Assembly: GCA_024679065.1 (NCBI GenBank)
Contig: JAGIQG010000019.1
Coordinates: forward strand, 23,994,001 to 24,058,000
Length of the DNA: 64,000 bases
Direction: 5' to 3'
Source: Sphyrna mokarran
Taxonomy: Eukaryota
Program-made: the position numbers and the translations under genes
The notes under the pieces: model-generated
Seen by the model: the letters and a program-made list of their open reading frames with translations, nothing else
The model's database searches: none
Told to the model about the DNA's origin: nothing
Shown here: positions 12,317 through 25,408 of the stretch, piece after piece
Layout: each line of letters starts with the position of its first letter
Position numbering within the stretch: position 1 is the stretch's first letter

Positions 12317-12786
12317 AATCATGAAATCCCTACAGTGCGGAAGAAAGCCATTCAGCCCATCAAGCCTCTATCAACAACAATCCCTACTAGCCTATCCTCA
12401 TTACCCCACGTATTTACTCTGCCAAACTTCTGACACTAAAGGGGGAGCTTTTCTATCTTGCCAGTAGGTGGGAGGGAGGTGTGGACCGCACAGATTTTCT
12501 ACCTAATCTTGCCCTAAAACTGGAAAACCCCGTCCTAAGGGTCAATTTAATATGGTCAATCAATCTAACCTGCACATCTTGGGATGCACTGTGGCAAATT
12601 TAGTTTGGTAAATCAACCTAACCCACACATCTTTGGTTAATGGGAGGAAACCAGAGCACCCGGAGGAACCCCATGCAGACATGGGTAGAACGTGCAAACT
12701 CCACACAGTCACTTAAGGCCGGAATTGAACCAGGGTCCCTCATGCTGTGAGCAGCAGTACTAAACACTGTGCCACCGTGCTGTCCC
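12317..12786 (-). mobile_element. HE1-like V-SINE (type A) with an internal duplication and a MITE insert
   Basis: Head at ~12720-12786, a duplicated aatcaa..taacc..cacatctt block, and a CR1-type tail at 12317. Confidence 0.85.
12440..12535. mobile_element. PIF/Harbinger MITE with a TAA TSD
   Basis: TAA at 12437-12439 and 12536-12538. Removing the insert restores the SINE sequence GACACTAAGGGTCAATTT. Confidence 0.75.
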
Positions 12787-13424
12787 AAAAGAAGCTGGCA
12801 CACCATTATATTTATGCTTATAGCCATGAAATAGAGAGTAACATCTCCATGCTAATCTTAGCTCCAATGCTATGCAGTGGTATTGCCTGCAGGTAAGATA
12901 ACCCTCAAAAGTCAGTAATTTAATATTTAGAGGGAAGAATTGTCCTTTACCCTCTTTGGCTATTTAAGAGTGGCCTTGGCATGGACATACCTGCTGTCCT
13001 ATACTAGTAGTGCTTGACTTGGGAAGAAATAAATAAGAAAGTAAAAAAAATATAAATAAAGAAATAAAGGAAGCCAATAAAATGTAAGAGAGAAAGAACC
13101 AAATAAATGACCAGAAAGAGAAAATAAAACTCACAACTATAAAAGAGATTCATAGAATCATAGAAGTCCTGCAATGCAGAAGGATGCCATTTGGCCCATT
13201 GAGCCTGATCAACAACAATTGCACCCAGGCTCTAACTCTGTGACCCTATGTATGAATAAAATTGCAATTATAAATGATGATATTGTCAAGAGGCTGTGTT
13301 TGCTGCCAATGCATTGTATGCTTCACTGTGACCTCATTGTGAGTGACAGAGGATAAAAATGTACTGATTCCCCAATCCCAGTGTGATACCTGTTCTGTCC
13401 ATTTTGTTTCTCTTTACGTTTCAG

Positions 13425-13532
13425 GATTTTGGAAGCAGGAGGAGCTATTTTACACAGAACAATATACAAAACTCATTTTCGTCTAAATAATTTTCTTTAA
13501 CATTTCCCGTGGCATGCGCCTGTTTCTAACAA
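13425..13532 (+). other. Candidate 108-nt exon (5' UTR or non-coding)
   Basis: Acceptor ttttgtttctctttacgtttcag| and donor CAA|GTGAGC. All three frames contain stops; an ATG lies at 13514. Confidence 0.35.
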
Positions 13533-13872
13533 GTGAGCATGTGCAGAGAGGCTGGAGACTTCAAACTCCCTTTAAAATGCAACAGAATTTATTTTCACGT
13601 TCCTGCTTCTGAAATTATTGAAATATCTGCCCACAGTTACAAAGTTTACAAAGATGTTGGGAAGTTGGCTAGCTCCCTTATGGGTATGTCATCCTCCTCA
13701 TCTGAGTTGTCTCAATATTGGATGATTCAATATACCCAAATTCAATGAGAATATTAAATATATGACACATGTTTTGTTTAACCTCAAATTCTGAGTGGCA
13801 ATTTAAATGTGTACATCAGTTTTCCATTGTTGGCAAGATCCAGCTTTAGGGCTTCTCTGCATTCACACACAA

Positions 13873-14170
13873 GTGCACCAATGCACAGTGCCCAATGCAC
13901 AGTCAGCCAGTGCACAGTGCACAGTGCATCAATGTACAGTGCGCCAATGTACAGTGTGAAAATGCACAGTGCGCCAATACACAGTGCGTCAATGTACAGT
14001 GTGCCAATGCTCAGTCTGCCAATGCACAGTGCATCAATGCACAATGTGCCAATGAACAGTGCGGCAATGAACAGTGCACCAATGCACAGTTCCCAATGCA
14101 CAGTGAGCCAATGCACAGTGCCCAATGCACACTACCCAATGCACAGTGACCAATGCACAGTGCGCCAATG
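13873..14170. repeat. Minisatellite, ~20 copies of a 14-15-bp unit GTGCGCCAATGCACA
   Basis: The tandem array is directly visible. Confidence 0.95.
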
Positions 14171-15964
14171 TTTAGATGCGTGTCAGTGGCCACCTTGGCA
14201 AGTGACCAGAAAATCTGGCCTGAAGTCAAAGGACTTTTGCATAGTCCTGTTCTGCCTGCTATGATTTCTGTGGGATGGGAAAGTTCCATCAAATGTATGA
14301 AGCAAGTGCTTAATGCTGTTGGTGTAAAACCCATTATCTGACCACATAGCAGTTTGCATCGAAAAGACAGTTGTATATATGTTTTAAAACAGAAACACTT
14401 GTAGGGTCATGAGGAAAGAATCGGGAAGTCAAACTAATTGGATAACACTTTCAAGGAGCCAGCAAGGGTACAGTAGGCTGAATGGCCTCCCCGTGTGCTA
14501 TGCAGTTCTGTGACATTATGTTATTATCCTGCATCAAATGGTTTAATGTCTGTATCAAACTGGCAGACAGAGGAATTTCATCCAAAGTACTTGTCTGCTA
14601 ATATCACCAAGAGTAATTTCAGGCCTCATAAGCACAGTCATTTTGCAATCGAGCAAACCACAGAAATGAAGTTCTTCGAAAATGCAACTGTAAAAACAAT
14701 GATTTGCATTTATTCTGAATTTAGTAAGAGCAGTTTATATAATCAGATATGAACAGGACACACTTCAGGATCTCTCTATCATTTGCTTTTATAAGCTATA
14801 AAACGATGATACTGTGAGTGGAATATACCAGGCTGGGAATTTTAAACAGCTTCAGTATTACTGAGTATGCACACCATAAACATTTGTGTCTTGTCATGAT
14901 AATTTAGACTGTTAGGGTAAAGGGGGACTCAATTTCACTAAGTCAATTTTGTAGATAAAAATGTCAGAAATGATGCTCCTGGAAACTGAAACAATTTATA
15001 GATCAGTAAACTGAAATGTTCTATCAAGTTGATATATACAACATAATTTCATGATGGCTTTTAAATAATTTGATCTGTGACATGCCTAATTAATTCAGTT
15101 TCTTTCTGGCAGTGATTTATAAGTATAGTTGCTTATCTTCTTCCCAGCATCCTTTGTGCATTGTTAGACATTTAATCTGCCACAAGTGTCTAGGCATACT
15201 CACTCTCAGACATACATTGTGCTGCATTTGAACCATATTATTTTAGTGTACTTAACACTGATTCAAGTTATTAAGTGTCACGCTATCACTCTTATCCATC
15301 CTCCCTGTCAGATAATGCACAGCAGAAAAATAATACTGCTTCGCTTACTCTCCCTGTCATACGATACCATTCAGTGAAAAATACCTCTCAATTGAGCTGT
15401 GATTCAAATACTGTCAAAACCAGATTTGAGAATAAAAGCTATTGTCAACCATGTTGTAGGAGGAAAGTTTAAGAGGAGCATGGCAACATTTGCACGGTGT
15501 GCTCTGCTCAAAATGTTCCAGTCAGGAAGTTCACCAAGTCAATAACAGAGGAAAGTGGCTTCTATATTGAAACACCAATTGCTTAATTAGATAAATAAAA
15601 AAAGTGACATCCGCTGCATGTTCTCTGCTTATCACACTTCAGTGTCACTCATAGCTTCCTGTGTCACAAATAAAAGTCCAATGCAAAAACTCGAAGTACT
15701 CTATAGATACACGAATCACTAAAAGCAAGGGTATCTAATGTGTAGTTTTGACATACACATTCACGGTGAGAATTCTGATAACTTTGAGTTCTCAGCAAGG
15801 TGCTGCATTAATAGAGGTTTGGTTTAGAGGGGAATTACAACGTTGTAACTGGTGTGTTTTGCACAGAGAAAAACTCACCACGTGGATTCATAGCAGGAGC
15901 CATTATTGAGTAACTTTATATGCATCACTCTAAAAGTAAAACACTGAAATTCTCAATCCTCTGA

Positions 15965-16127
15965 AAGAAGTCTTACAATATCAGGTTAAAGTCTAACAGG
16001 TTTATTTGATATCACAAGCTTTCAGAGTGCTGCTCCTTCAAGGTAATAGTAAACTTGTTGGACTTTAACCTTGTGCTGTTAGACTTCTTACTGTGCCCAC
16101 CCCAAACCAATGCCAGCATCCCCATAT
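15965..16127. mobile_element. PLE-derived foldback mini-element with a decayed HHR
   Basis: Inverted arms AAGAAGTCTTACAATATCAGGTTAAAGTCTAACAGGTTTA / TAAACTTGTTGGACTTTAACCTTGTGCTGTTAGACTTCTT. Between them the minus strand reads TGAAGGAGCAGCACTCTGAAAGCTTG. Confidence 0.75.
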
Positions 16128-16493
16128 AATGAATCCCCTGAAGTGGAGGAGAACTTCTACCTGTCTCGAGGTAATAACATGAATTGTTGACCAACTCTGT
16201 TTAAATATTGAGTGGTGGATTGCAGTCTGCATCCTAATTGTACACCCTAAGGAGAATTTTAGCAGTTGCTGATAGCATAAATGAGTAATATTGGATCAGC
16301 CATTTGTAGAGTTAAGAGTTGTGTCTGCTCAATTCCAAGGCATTGCCTGAGGCCAATGGATAATTCCGTTCTGCGAGCCTGACCCACCCCGATTCTAGGG
16401 CAGACGAGGCGATTCATTTCCGGCCATTGTTCTTTAGAATGTTTCCAGAGCAGACACAATTCCAGAGGGTAATCTATTGAAACAATAATGACT

Positions 16494-17170
16494 GGAGACT
16501 TTGCACAACTCAGGAACATTACTGAGCTTCAGAGATTGCTTAGGATGGTCAGCCAGGTAGACCGTTCCCACCAAATTTGGCAAAGGCCAACGAGCCTTTG
16601 AGACAGCTGTAGAAACAGCTCAACAGTGCTATTAGAATGTGAACCAGTAAAATGCATTTGAAAAGATGAAACAATTTTTAATCTCCTCCAAAATCACAGC
16701 ATCTTAAAAACCAGATCTGCCAACTAGAGCAGCAGTAGAAGTATCATCAACAGGTCTGGGAGAAATATTTGAGGGATTTTCCAGCCATTCATGCTGGCAG
16801 AATTGTCCAGTTTCATGGTGGTGAGCCCCGCCACTGCAGGTTCCCTGGTAGTGGAGGGTGAGTATAATGAGAAACCCCATTGACAGGGTCGGGACTGGAA
16901 GATCTCTCCACCGGCTAATGGCAGGCTGCCACTGTCACTGCAAAACACACTGTAGAGAGGACATGAAAAATCCTGCTTAGTATTTCAAATGCAGAAAGAT
17001 GACAAGCACGGATGAGTTTAACATCTCAAAGTCATTATCAAAAAGGGAATAAAGATGCATCACAATTGTAAAAGAGGCATTGGCAGCAATGCGGGTGAGA
17101 AAAGAAAATTCTCAGACTATGTTATGAGATTATGGTTCAGAATTCAAACAAACCAGAAATGTTTGCCTTC
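16494..17170 (+). mobile_element. Gypsy-type LTR retrotransposon pol fragment (RT connection to RNase H), decayed
   Basis: Frameshifted peptides NITELQRLLRMVSQ, PNLAKANEPLRQL, NAFEKMKQFLIS, DLPTRAAVEVSSTGLG, [MITE], FQMQKD, KEALAA and KFSDYVMRLWFRIQTNQKCL. Confidence 0.8.
16769..16977. mobile_element. Harbinger-type MITE inserted in the Gypsy fragment
   Basis: Ends GAGGGATTTTCC / GAAAAATCCTGC; related to the partial copy at 1-188. Confidence 0.65.
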
Positions 17171-18269
17171 CTCCGCATGTATTTTTCCCAGATTAGTTGG
17201 GTACTTCTCTACATGATAGAAATTACTGCCTGACTTCCACATTCCTCAACACTGTCAAGAGTGTTGTGCCATTACCCAGCACCAGCCTGGTGTGTCTCTT
17301 TCTTGCCACTTCTCAGCTTAATCTGGAGTCATGTACAGGTCTTGCTGCTTGTGGGCACAGGCTGACAGTGAATTCCCTAGCCGAGTGATGCAGGCTGATA
17401 CATTGCAAAGCCCAGGATTACGTATTGAAGGATATATTAAAGCTTGGGGCAGCCACTTCAGAGGTGCATTAGGGGAAGGTCGCTATCAAAGACCTCTCTG
17501 GGTTAAATTGCACCCTGGAGGGGTGCCATCTGTAGCTGAAGGCTTGTTCTTTGATGAGTGGGAAGGAAATGTGCTAAGTGAACTTACCGAGTAAAAATTG
17601 GGAATATGTGGGCTAAATTAGCAGCTGTTAGACATTGCTATCTGATCTGTTTGGAAACTTCCAAGCTACACAAACATGGCTACTTATGTGGCATACTTCT
17701 TAGCATAGAATATGTGAGAACCATGCAGGCTGTGAGCAAATGGGCTGGATTTGCTACACACTTCACTCAAAGAACCTGGGGCTTCACACTACAGGCCAAA
17801 TTTCAATGTAAGCTTTGCAATCCCACTTTGGAGAATAAAAGAAAGTACCAGACATTTCATTCTGGGTTTTTACATGCAGCCGAAGGGGGGATATAATTGA
17901 TTAATCTCAAACCAACCTTGGGAGAAGCTGTCAAAATGCAAAGAAAGCCCTGAGGTTGGATTTTCCTTTATTCGTGTCCAAAATCATGAAGAATATTTGA
18001 CAGAATAGGAGATAAAATTGGATGGTGAGGCCTACTGCCTCAATTTCCATCTGGGTTGAGATTCCTGACAGACTGCTATTCCCATTTGCTGCATGTAAAT
18101 GCCATGGGTGGGCAGATAAAAGGGTCATGGCCCCTCAGTACAAGTTCCTTCAACAGCTCTTCTTCCTGTTGCTACACAGGGACTCTTGCTAAAGTGTGGC
18201 AATAAATCTGGATATAAGACCATAAGAATTAGGCAACTCAGTCCATCGAGTCTGTTCCGCCATTCAATC

Positions 18270-19155
18270 GTGTTTGTAATATATATAAATGATTTGGAGG
18301 AATATGTAAATAGATTGATTAGTAAGTTTGCGGATGACACAAAGGTTGGTGGATTTGCGGATAGTGAGAGGATACAGCACGATATGGATCAGTTGGAGAT
18401 TTGGGCAGAGAGATGGCAGATGGTCCTTAATCAGGCAAATATGAGATAATGAAATATACAGTAAATGGCAGAATCTTTAAGTGTATTGATAGGCGGAAGA
18501 ATCTGGGTGTACAAGCACAATAAGTCACTGAAAGTGACAACACAGGTGGAAAACATAAGCAAGAAGGCATACAGCATGCTTGCCTTCATCAGCCATTGAG
18601 TTTAAAAATTAGCAAGTCATATTGCAGCTTTATAGAACCTTAGTTAGGCAGCACTTGGAATATAGTGTTCAATTCTGGATACCACACTGCCAGAAGGATG
18701 TAGAGGCTTTGGAGAGGGTACAGAAAAGATTTACTAGGATATTGTCTGGTATGAAGGGCATTAGCTATGGGGAGAGATTGCAGAAACTTGGTTTGTTCTC
18801 ACAGGAACAACGGAGGTTGAGGGGAGGCTGATAAAAGTCTACAAGATTATGAGGGGCATGGACAGAGTGAAGCTTCTGGTTTTTTCCCAGGGTGCAAATT
18901 AGTAGGGGCCGCAGGTTCAAGGTGCGAGGAGCAAGGTTTAAAGGAAATATACGAGGCAAGTTTTTTTATACAGAGGGTGGAGGGTGCCTGGAATTCATTG
19001 CCGGGAGAGGTGGTGAAAGCAAGTTCGATAGTGACTTTGAAGGGGCGTCTGAACAAATACATGAATAGGATGGAAATAGAGGGATATGGTCCCTGAAATG
19101 GTTGATGCAGGCTTAGAGGGTCTGTTCCTATGCTGTAATTTTTCTTTATTCTTTT
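18270..19155 (+). mobile_element. CR1 fragment nested in an antisense CR1 tail (18212-19245)
   Basis: FVIYINDLEE..ISKFADDTKVGG and LYRTLVRQHLEYSVQFW. The flanks join up into a minus-strand CR1 3' UTR. Confidence 0.9.
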
Positions 19156-20914
19156 TCATGGCTGATATTTTTCTCATCCCACTTTCCTGTCGTTTCCCCA
19201 TAACCACCAATCCTCTTATTAATCAAGGACCTATCTATGTCTTAATGATCTGATGTGGTTGAGTAAAGGCTGCCTTTTCCTCCAAAGATTGACTCCCAAT
19301 CTTACCTTTATAGACTATAATCTCTGTCACCACACACAAAGCCAGGTGCGTTGTTCACCTTCAGGGCTTTTGGATCCTTGCTGTTCTTTCCAGTACTCCA
19401 GTATTTTTCCTTTTGCACAGATGTTGACCAAAGCTCTTTTGGATAATAAATGATTCTTAACCAAGGAAAGTAGGTCAGGGGTCAATGACCTTGTGCAGCA
19501 AACAGAGGTCCTGCTCCACTGCGATGCTGCTACAAAGAAAAAAAAATCCAAACCTTTAACCTTAATCATTAACCCTTAACCATTAAGTGTTGGTACAAAA
19601 TGGCGCATTTCTGAAATTATCTGGCTCCCCACTGATCGAACGCAATTTGCTATTTTCTGTACCTAATTGACTGCCAACATTAATCACTCTTACACCAAAT
19701 ATGTGCAAGCTTAATTTAAATGCTCAATTTTATGCAAATTGGATCATAATGAATTCCCTCAAGAAATACTAATTTTCCCTGCAGAAATTGCACTGTGCAC
19801 TCATGATATTGCAATGGGTATAAAAAAAAACTAGTCACATGCTGTTCTGCCAGGAAATGCTTGCTTAAAAATGAACCACTTTATCTTGGCTGCAGTTGCC
19901 AAAATTGAAAATAATTGGCAGGTCTTTCAGTATTCCTTTCCCTTTGATTATTGTACGGAAAGAGCAAAAAAGGAAGAAGAGCTGCAAGGGCGAATCATTT
20001 GCAGAAGAGGCAGATGGACAGGTAGCACATCCTGACAAAATGCTATGTGGATGTTTTTTCAATATAGGTAAGGTGAGTGCATGGTGCAACTCCTGCATGT
20101 GTTTCTTGACGGAATTCTTGAGGCATCAATGGTGTGTGGATAAATGCATTTTGACCTGGAGCCAAATACCCTCTGTTAGGAGCTGATATGATGGTTTTCT
20201 TGTTGTATTTAAAAATTATCATTTCCCTCAAGTAGTCAAACAAAGTAACAGTGTGGTTTCAAGATGAACTTTACTTTAGCCAGCTATAGGACCTTGAATG
20301 TCAGAGAGCAGAAAATTCAGAAATACAAAGGTAATTAAAATCTCAGCTTCAATTACAAGTAATTAGCATATACCAATAAAAGAATAGGAGTTATTGCTAT
20401 CCAATCATAGTTAAGGTTACATCATGCATACATAAGGATATAATGTTCAATTAAAACTTGTGTATGTTATGTCATCAAGAAATGATAGCGGTACCTCTGA
20501 CCAATCTTATCTCAAGCTTGCTTTCCATTGTCCGTTGTTCTAACATGGAACTGCAGCCGCACATCATTCGATTAGATAGCCCTTGAACCCTTTCTGGACT
20601 TACTTTAACCAAATGCTGTCATTTGCACATAGCTTTCTCTGTGTGACTGAGGTTCAGCTTGCAGCTTATGTGATTTTTAAACCTGTGTGATTTTTATCCC
20701 TTTATTCCTCATAAGCTCTTGCTTATCATGGAGACAATAGGGAAGCTGCAATGTCTATGGCAGTCACATACAAGCAACCTTAATCAGAAGGTCAGCATTG
20801 CCCAATGGCTTGGAAGCAATTTCCAGGAGAAATCAGTAATTGAAGTTAACACGCAGTGATTCATTAAAAAAGTCACAAGGAGGGAATAGGAGTAGGATAG
20901 GAATATTGCTTAAA

Positions 20915-21190
20915 GTTTTAAAGTTTATTTATTAATGTCACAAGTAGGCTTACATTACCATAGTAATGAAGTTACAGTGAAAATCCTGCCACACTCCAGC
21001 ACCTGTTCGGGTACAATGAGGGACAATTTAGCATGGCCAGTTCACCTAACCAGCATATCTTTCAAGTTGTAGGAGGAAACCTACGCAGCCATGGGGAGAA
21101 CCTGAAGATTCCGCATAGACAGTGTTCCAAGCCAGGAATCGAACCCAGGTCACTGACATTGTGAGGCAACAGTGCTAAACACTATGCCAG
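20915..21190 (-). mobile_element. V-SINE with tail type B
   Basis: Same structure as 4897-5207. Confidence 0.85.
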
Positions 21191-22034
21191 CTTAGGAAAA
21201 GGAGTAAGCTATTTAGTCCTATGAGACTGCTCCACCATTCAAAGAAATCATTACTGATCTGTGACCTAATTCCATATACACGCCTTTGTCCTATTTCCCC
21301 GAATAGCAATGCTTTAATTAGTTTCTTCTTGCAAAAACAACAGCAGAATGTTACCCTTTTGAAGATGTGAGTTGCAGCAGTAAGGAGTACTGTAATATGA
21401 TCTTGCATGCAAAACAAAAAAGGTTTATCTAATTGCTTTTTGTAGGGCAGTGGTCAAAACATTTTGCATCGCGCATAATCTGCATCCCACTTGATATAAG
21501 GTATATGGATAGATGGTTGTCAGCTCAGCAAACTGTTCCCTCATCTGCTTGCATGTTCCCTGGGTGTTGAAGACAGCGTTTGTTCTTTCTGTCACCTCCT
21601 TTCACACATTTTGCATCTCCTGTAGGAAGCATGCACTTGAATATCAAACAATGTACTTTTCTTCTGACCACTTGCTGCAGCTACACCTCCAGCACTGAAT
21701 TTGTGATGTGGGATTTTCTTTTTATTTCTGCGTGCTATTGCAGAAATTTAGCAGAAATGATTTTCAGACAGCCCACAGTCCTGCACTAACAAAAGGACTC
21801 TTGTCTTTAAATTGCTGCAGAAGCACTGGAAATTCTGCCTCCAGAAGACTGGGCGTAAATACTAACCTTGGAGATTGTGTCAGGAATGATCATGATGAGC
21901 ATATGCGAGGATGATTTTTTTCTGCTATTGGAGGACCAGCAATGTAAAACACATCTATCTGCTCATGGCTTAAGAAATTCCACATTACCAAAAGAATAAT
22001 ACATTGTGTATTTTATGATAGAATAATTGCATCA

Positions 22035-22210
22035 TAAAATCCCATAGAAACTCTAGAGTGCAGAAGGTGGCTGTTTGGCCCACCGAGCCTGCACTGACAA
22101 CAATCCCATCCAGGACCTTTCTGCGTTACCCCATGCATTTATCCAACTAATCCCCCTGACTCTAAGGGGCAATTTAGCATGGTCAATCAACCTAACCTAC
22201 ACATTTTTGG
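22035..22210 (-). mobile_element. HE1-like SINE, 3' half
   Basis: End of the V-domain plus a type A tail. Confidence 0.8.
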
Positions 22211-23071
22211 GCAAGTTATTTATTTGTAATATTTATTTTATGTAAATGTCTAAATGTCCTTCTACTCAATTAATACAATTGTTTTCTTATGTTATTACTT
22301 TCAGTGGAATGAAAAGGACAGGAATTGAGGATTAATTTAACATGTTTTTCATCAGTTTCAGCACAGGGTGGCAAAGGTACAAAATGCATTCTGAGTGAAG
22401 GAACTTCAAAGTCCATTATCAAGAATGGTTGATAACACTACTATAAACAGAGCTAGTTGAATCCTAAAGGGCACAGCAGCAGGATGGGTTGTGCACCAGA
22501 TGATGAGGGAACTAATAAGAGTGAAAAACCTCATCAACCTGCCTGCTGCAGATGACTTATCCATTACAATTTCAGTAGAAGTGACCACCACAGAGTCCTG
22601 TGGAGACAAAGTCCCATTGTCACATTGAGGACACCCTCCATCATGTTTTGCACCACCATCGTGCTAAATGGGGTAAACTTTGAGCAAGTCTTGAAACTCA
22701 AGACTGGGCATCCATGAGGTGCTATGGGCCATTAGCAACAGCAGAATTGTCCTCAACCACAGTCTGTAACCTCATGACCTGGCATATCCCCCACTATACA
22801 ATTACCACCAAGCCAGATTCAAGAAAGAGTGCAGGCAACATTCCAGGAGTAATACTAGGCATTCCCAAAAATGAGGTGTCAACTTGGAGAAATTATAAAA
22901 CAGGACTTCATGCATTCCAAGCAGCGTTAGCAGCAAGTAACAAAGCTAAGTGATCTCACAACCCATGGATCAGATCTAAGAACAGTAGTCCTGCCACATC
23001 CAGTCATGATGGTAGTTAATAATTAAATAACTCACTGGAGGAGGAGGCTCCACAAATAAGAACACACCATC

Positions 23072-23462
23072 AGAACAGAAGAACTGAAGCAGGAGTAGGC
23101 CATCTGGCTTCTTGAGTCTGCTCTGTCATTCAATAAGATCATGGCTGATTTCTTCACAGACTCAGCTTCACTAATCTGCCCATTCACTGTAACCCTTAAT
23201 TCCGTTACTGTTCAAAATTCTATCTATCTCTGCCTTAAAAACATACAATGAAGTAGCCTCAACTGCTTAAGTAGACAGGAAATTTCACAGATTCACAACA
23301 CTTTGGTTGAAGAAGTTTCTCCTCAACTCAATCCTAAATCTGCTCTCCTTTATTTTGAGGCTCCACCTCTAGTTCTAGTTTCACTCATCAGTGGAAACAA
23401 CCCGCCTGCTTCTATCTTATCTATTCCTTTCATCATTTTATATATTTCTGTAAGATTTCCCC
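23072..23462 (-). mobile_element. CR1 3' fragment nested in the older LINE
   Basis: The minus strand encodes DKIEAGGLFPLMSETRTRG..RNFFNQSVVNL, with a 3' UTR. Confidence 0.85.
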
Positions 23463-24743
23463 CATAATATCCCACCCTCAATGATGGAAGAGCCCAGCAC
23501 ATTTGCAGCAGTTTTCAGCCAGAAGTGCCGAGTGCATGCTCCAGAAGTCCCTAGCATCTCAGATGCCAACCTCCTACCAATTTGATTTACTCCATGTGAT
23601 ATTGAGAAATGGTTGAAGGCATTGGATATTGCAAATCTATGGGTCCTGACACTACTCCAGCAACTGTACTGAAGAAATGCTCCAGAACAAGCTGTGCCCT
23701 TGGATAAGATATTCCAATACAGCTTCAACACTGGATCTACCCAGCAATTTGGAAAATTTCCCAGGCATATCCCGTATAGAAAAAGCAGAACAAATACAAC
23801 CTGGCCAATTACTGCCCCATCAGTCTACTTTTGTTCATCAGTAATGAAAATTGATCAGTGATGAAAAGACTTATCAACAGCACTATCAGGTGGCAGTTAT
23901 TGAGCAAAATCTGGCCCACTGTTGCCACGTTTGTGTTCCAAATGGGTCATTCAACTCATAACTTCATTGCAGTCTGTGTCCAAATTTGGACAAAAGAGCT
24001 GAATTTCAGAGGAGCGGCAAGAGTAACTGCTCCGAACATCAATGCATTGTTTGACCAGGTGAGGCATCAAGAAACTGTAGTGAATCTGGAGTGAATGGGA
24101 TTCAAGGGGAAAACCCTCTGCTGTTTGGAGTCATACCTGGCAAAAATGAAGCTGGTTGTGATGGTTGGAAGTCAATTATCTCAGTTCTACAACAGAACTG
24201 TAGGAGTTCCTCAGGATAGTATCCTGGGCTAAACTATCTTCAGCTGCTTCATCAGTGACCTTCCTGAGTCAGAAGTGGGGATGTTTGCACAATATTCCGC
24301 ATCAGTCGTGTCTCCTCAGACAGTGAAACATTCATGTCCAAATGCAGCAGGACCTGGTCAATCAGCTTGTGCTGACAAGTGACAAGTAACATTTCCCCCT
24401 CACAGATGCCAGGTAAAGACCATCTCCAACAAAGAGGACCTAACCATTGCCTCTTTACATTCAATGGGATTACTATTGCTGAATCCCCCATTATCAATAC
24501 TCTGGGGATTGCCATTGACCAAAAACTGAATGGACTAGTCATATAAATACTGTGGCTACAACAGTAGATCAGTGTCTAAGAATTAACTCCTGACTCCCAG
24601 CGTCCATCTACGATTTACATGGCAAAAGTCAGGAGTTTGATCTAATACTCTGCACTTACTTGGATAGGTGCAGCCCCAACAACAAGTTTGACATGATCCT
24701 TTCTCATTTAGGGTAGGGAAGTCTGTATGATTTCAATTATTTT

Positions 24744-25060
24744 AGGCAGCACAGTGGTTAGCACGGCTGCTTCACAGCGCCAGGGTCCCAGATTCAATTC
24801 TGGCCTTGGGTCACTGCCTGTCTGGGATTTGCACATTCTCCCCATGTCTGTGTGGGTTTCCTCTAGGGTGATCTGGTTTCCCCCCACACTCCAAAGATGT
24901 CCGGATTAGCTTGATTGTGGCCAAGCTAAATTGAGCCTAGTGTCAGAGGGATTAGCAAGTAAATGTGTGAAGTTACAGGAATAGGGCTTGGATGAGATTG
25001 TGGTCAGTACAGACTTGATGGACCAAAGGACCTCCTTCTGTACTTGTAGAGATTATATGA
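24744..25060 (+). mobile_element. HE1-like V-SINE, type A
   Basis: Head, V-domain and CR1-type tail. Confidence 0.85.
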
Positions 25061-25408
25061 TCCAAGACAACGCAAGTCACTTGAAGAAACAATTTCTATT
25101 TACAATTGTTCACTCTCTCCAACACTGACAAATAGTGGCTACAGAGTGTACCATCCCTAAAGTACACCATAGAAACTCACTAAGGGTCTTTTCTACTTTT
25201 ATACCTTGAATTACTTAAGAATGGAAAATTTTCAATAATTACATAATTTTAAATAAGTCTGATGTGAATGAATGACAGTTAGAGATCTTAAATTTTGAAC
25301 ACTTCTACCAAATTTTCTCTTCATCCCCACTGGTCTAAGATGAATATTCCCATATTTCTAGTCTCACTATACTGCTGACATCCCACTTTCCCAGTACCAT
25401 TCCACATC

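Larger units (their letters stand above)
22470..25190 (+). mobile_element. Old CR1-group LINE ORF2 (endonuclease end to RT), decayed and interrupted
   Basis: SRSDHHRV at ~22580, KKQNKYNLANYCPISLL at ~23780 and GVPQDSILG..IFSCFISDL at ~24205. Confidence 0.8.

Noticed and set aside
13873-14170. CRISPR-like periodicity
   Set aside because: No unique spacers and no cas genes, in a eukaryotic context.
13784-14334. Overlapping repetitive ORFs (HSAPM, QCANA and LCIGA repeats)
   Set aside because: They result from a stop-free 15-bp minisatellite and are open on both strands, with no gene context.
15835-15848. Perfect 14-bp palindrome TTACAACGTTGTAA
   Set aside because: A few palindromes of this length are expected by chance in 64 kb.
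19550-19585. Short TAACC-like run as an interstitial telomere
   Set aside because: Only about five degenerate units, too short to distinguish from simple-repeat noise.
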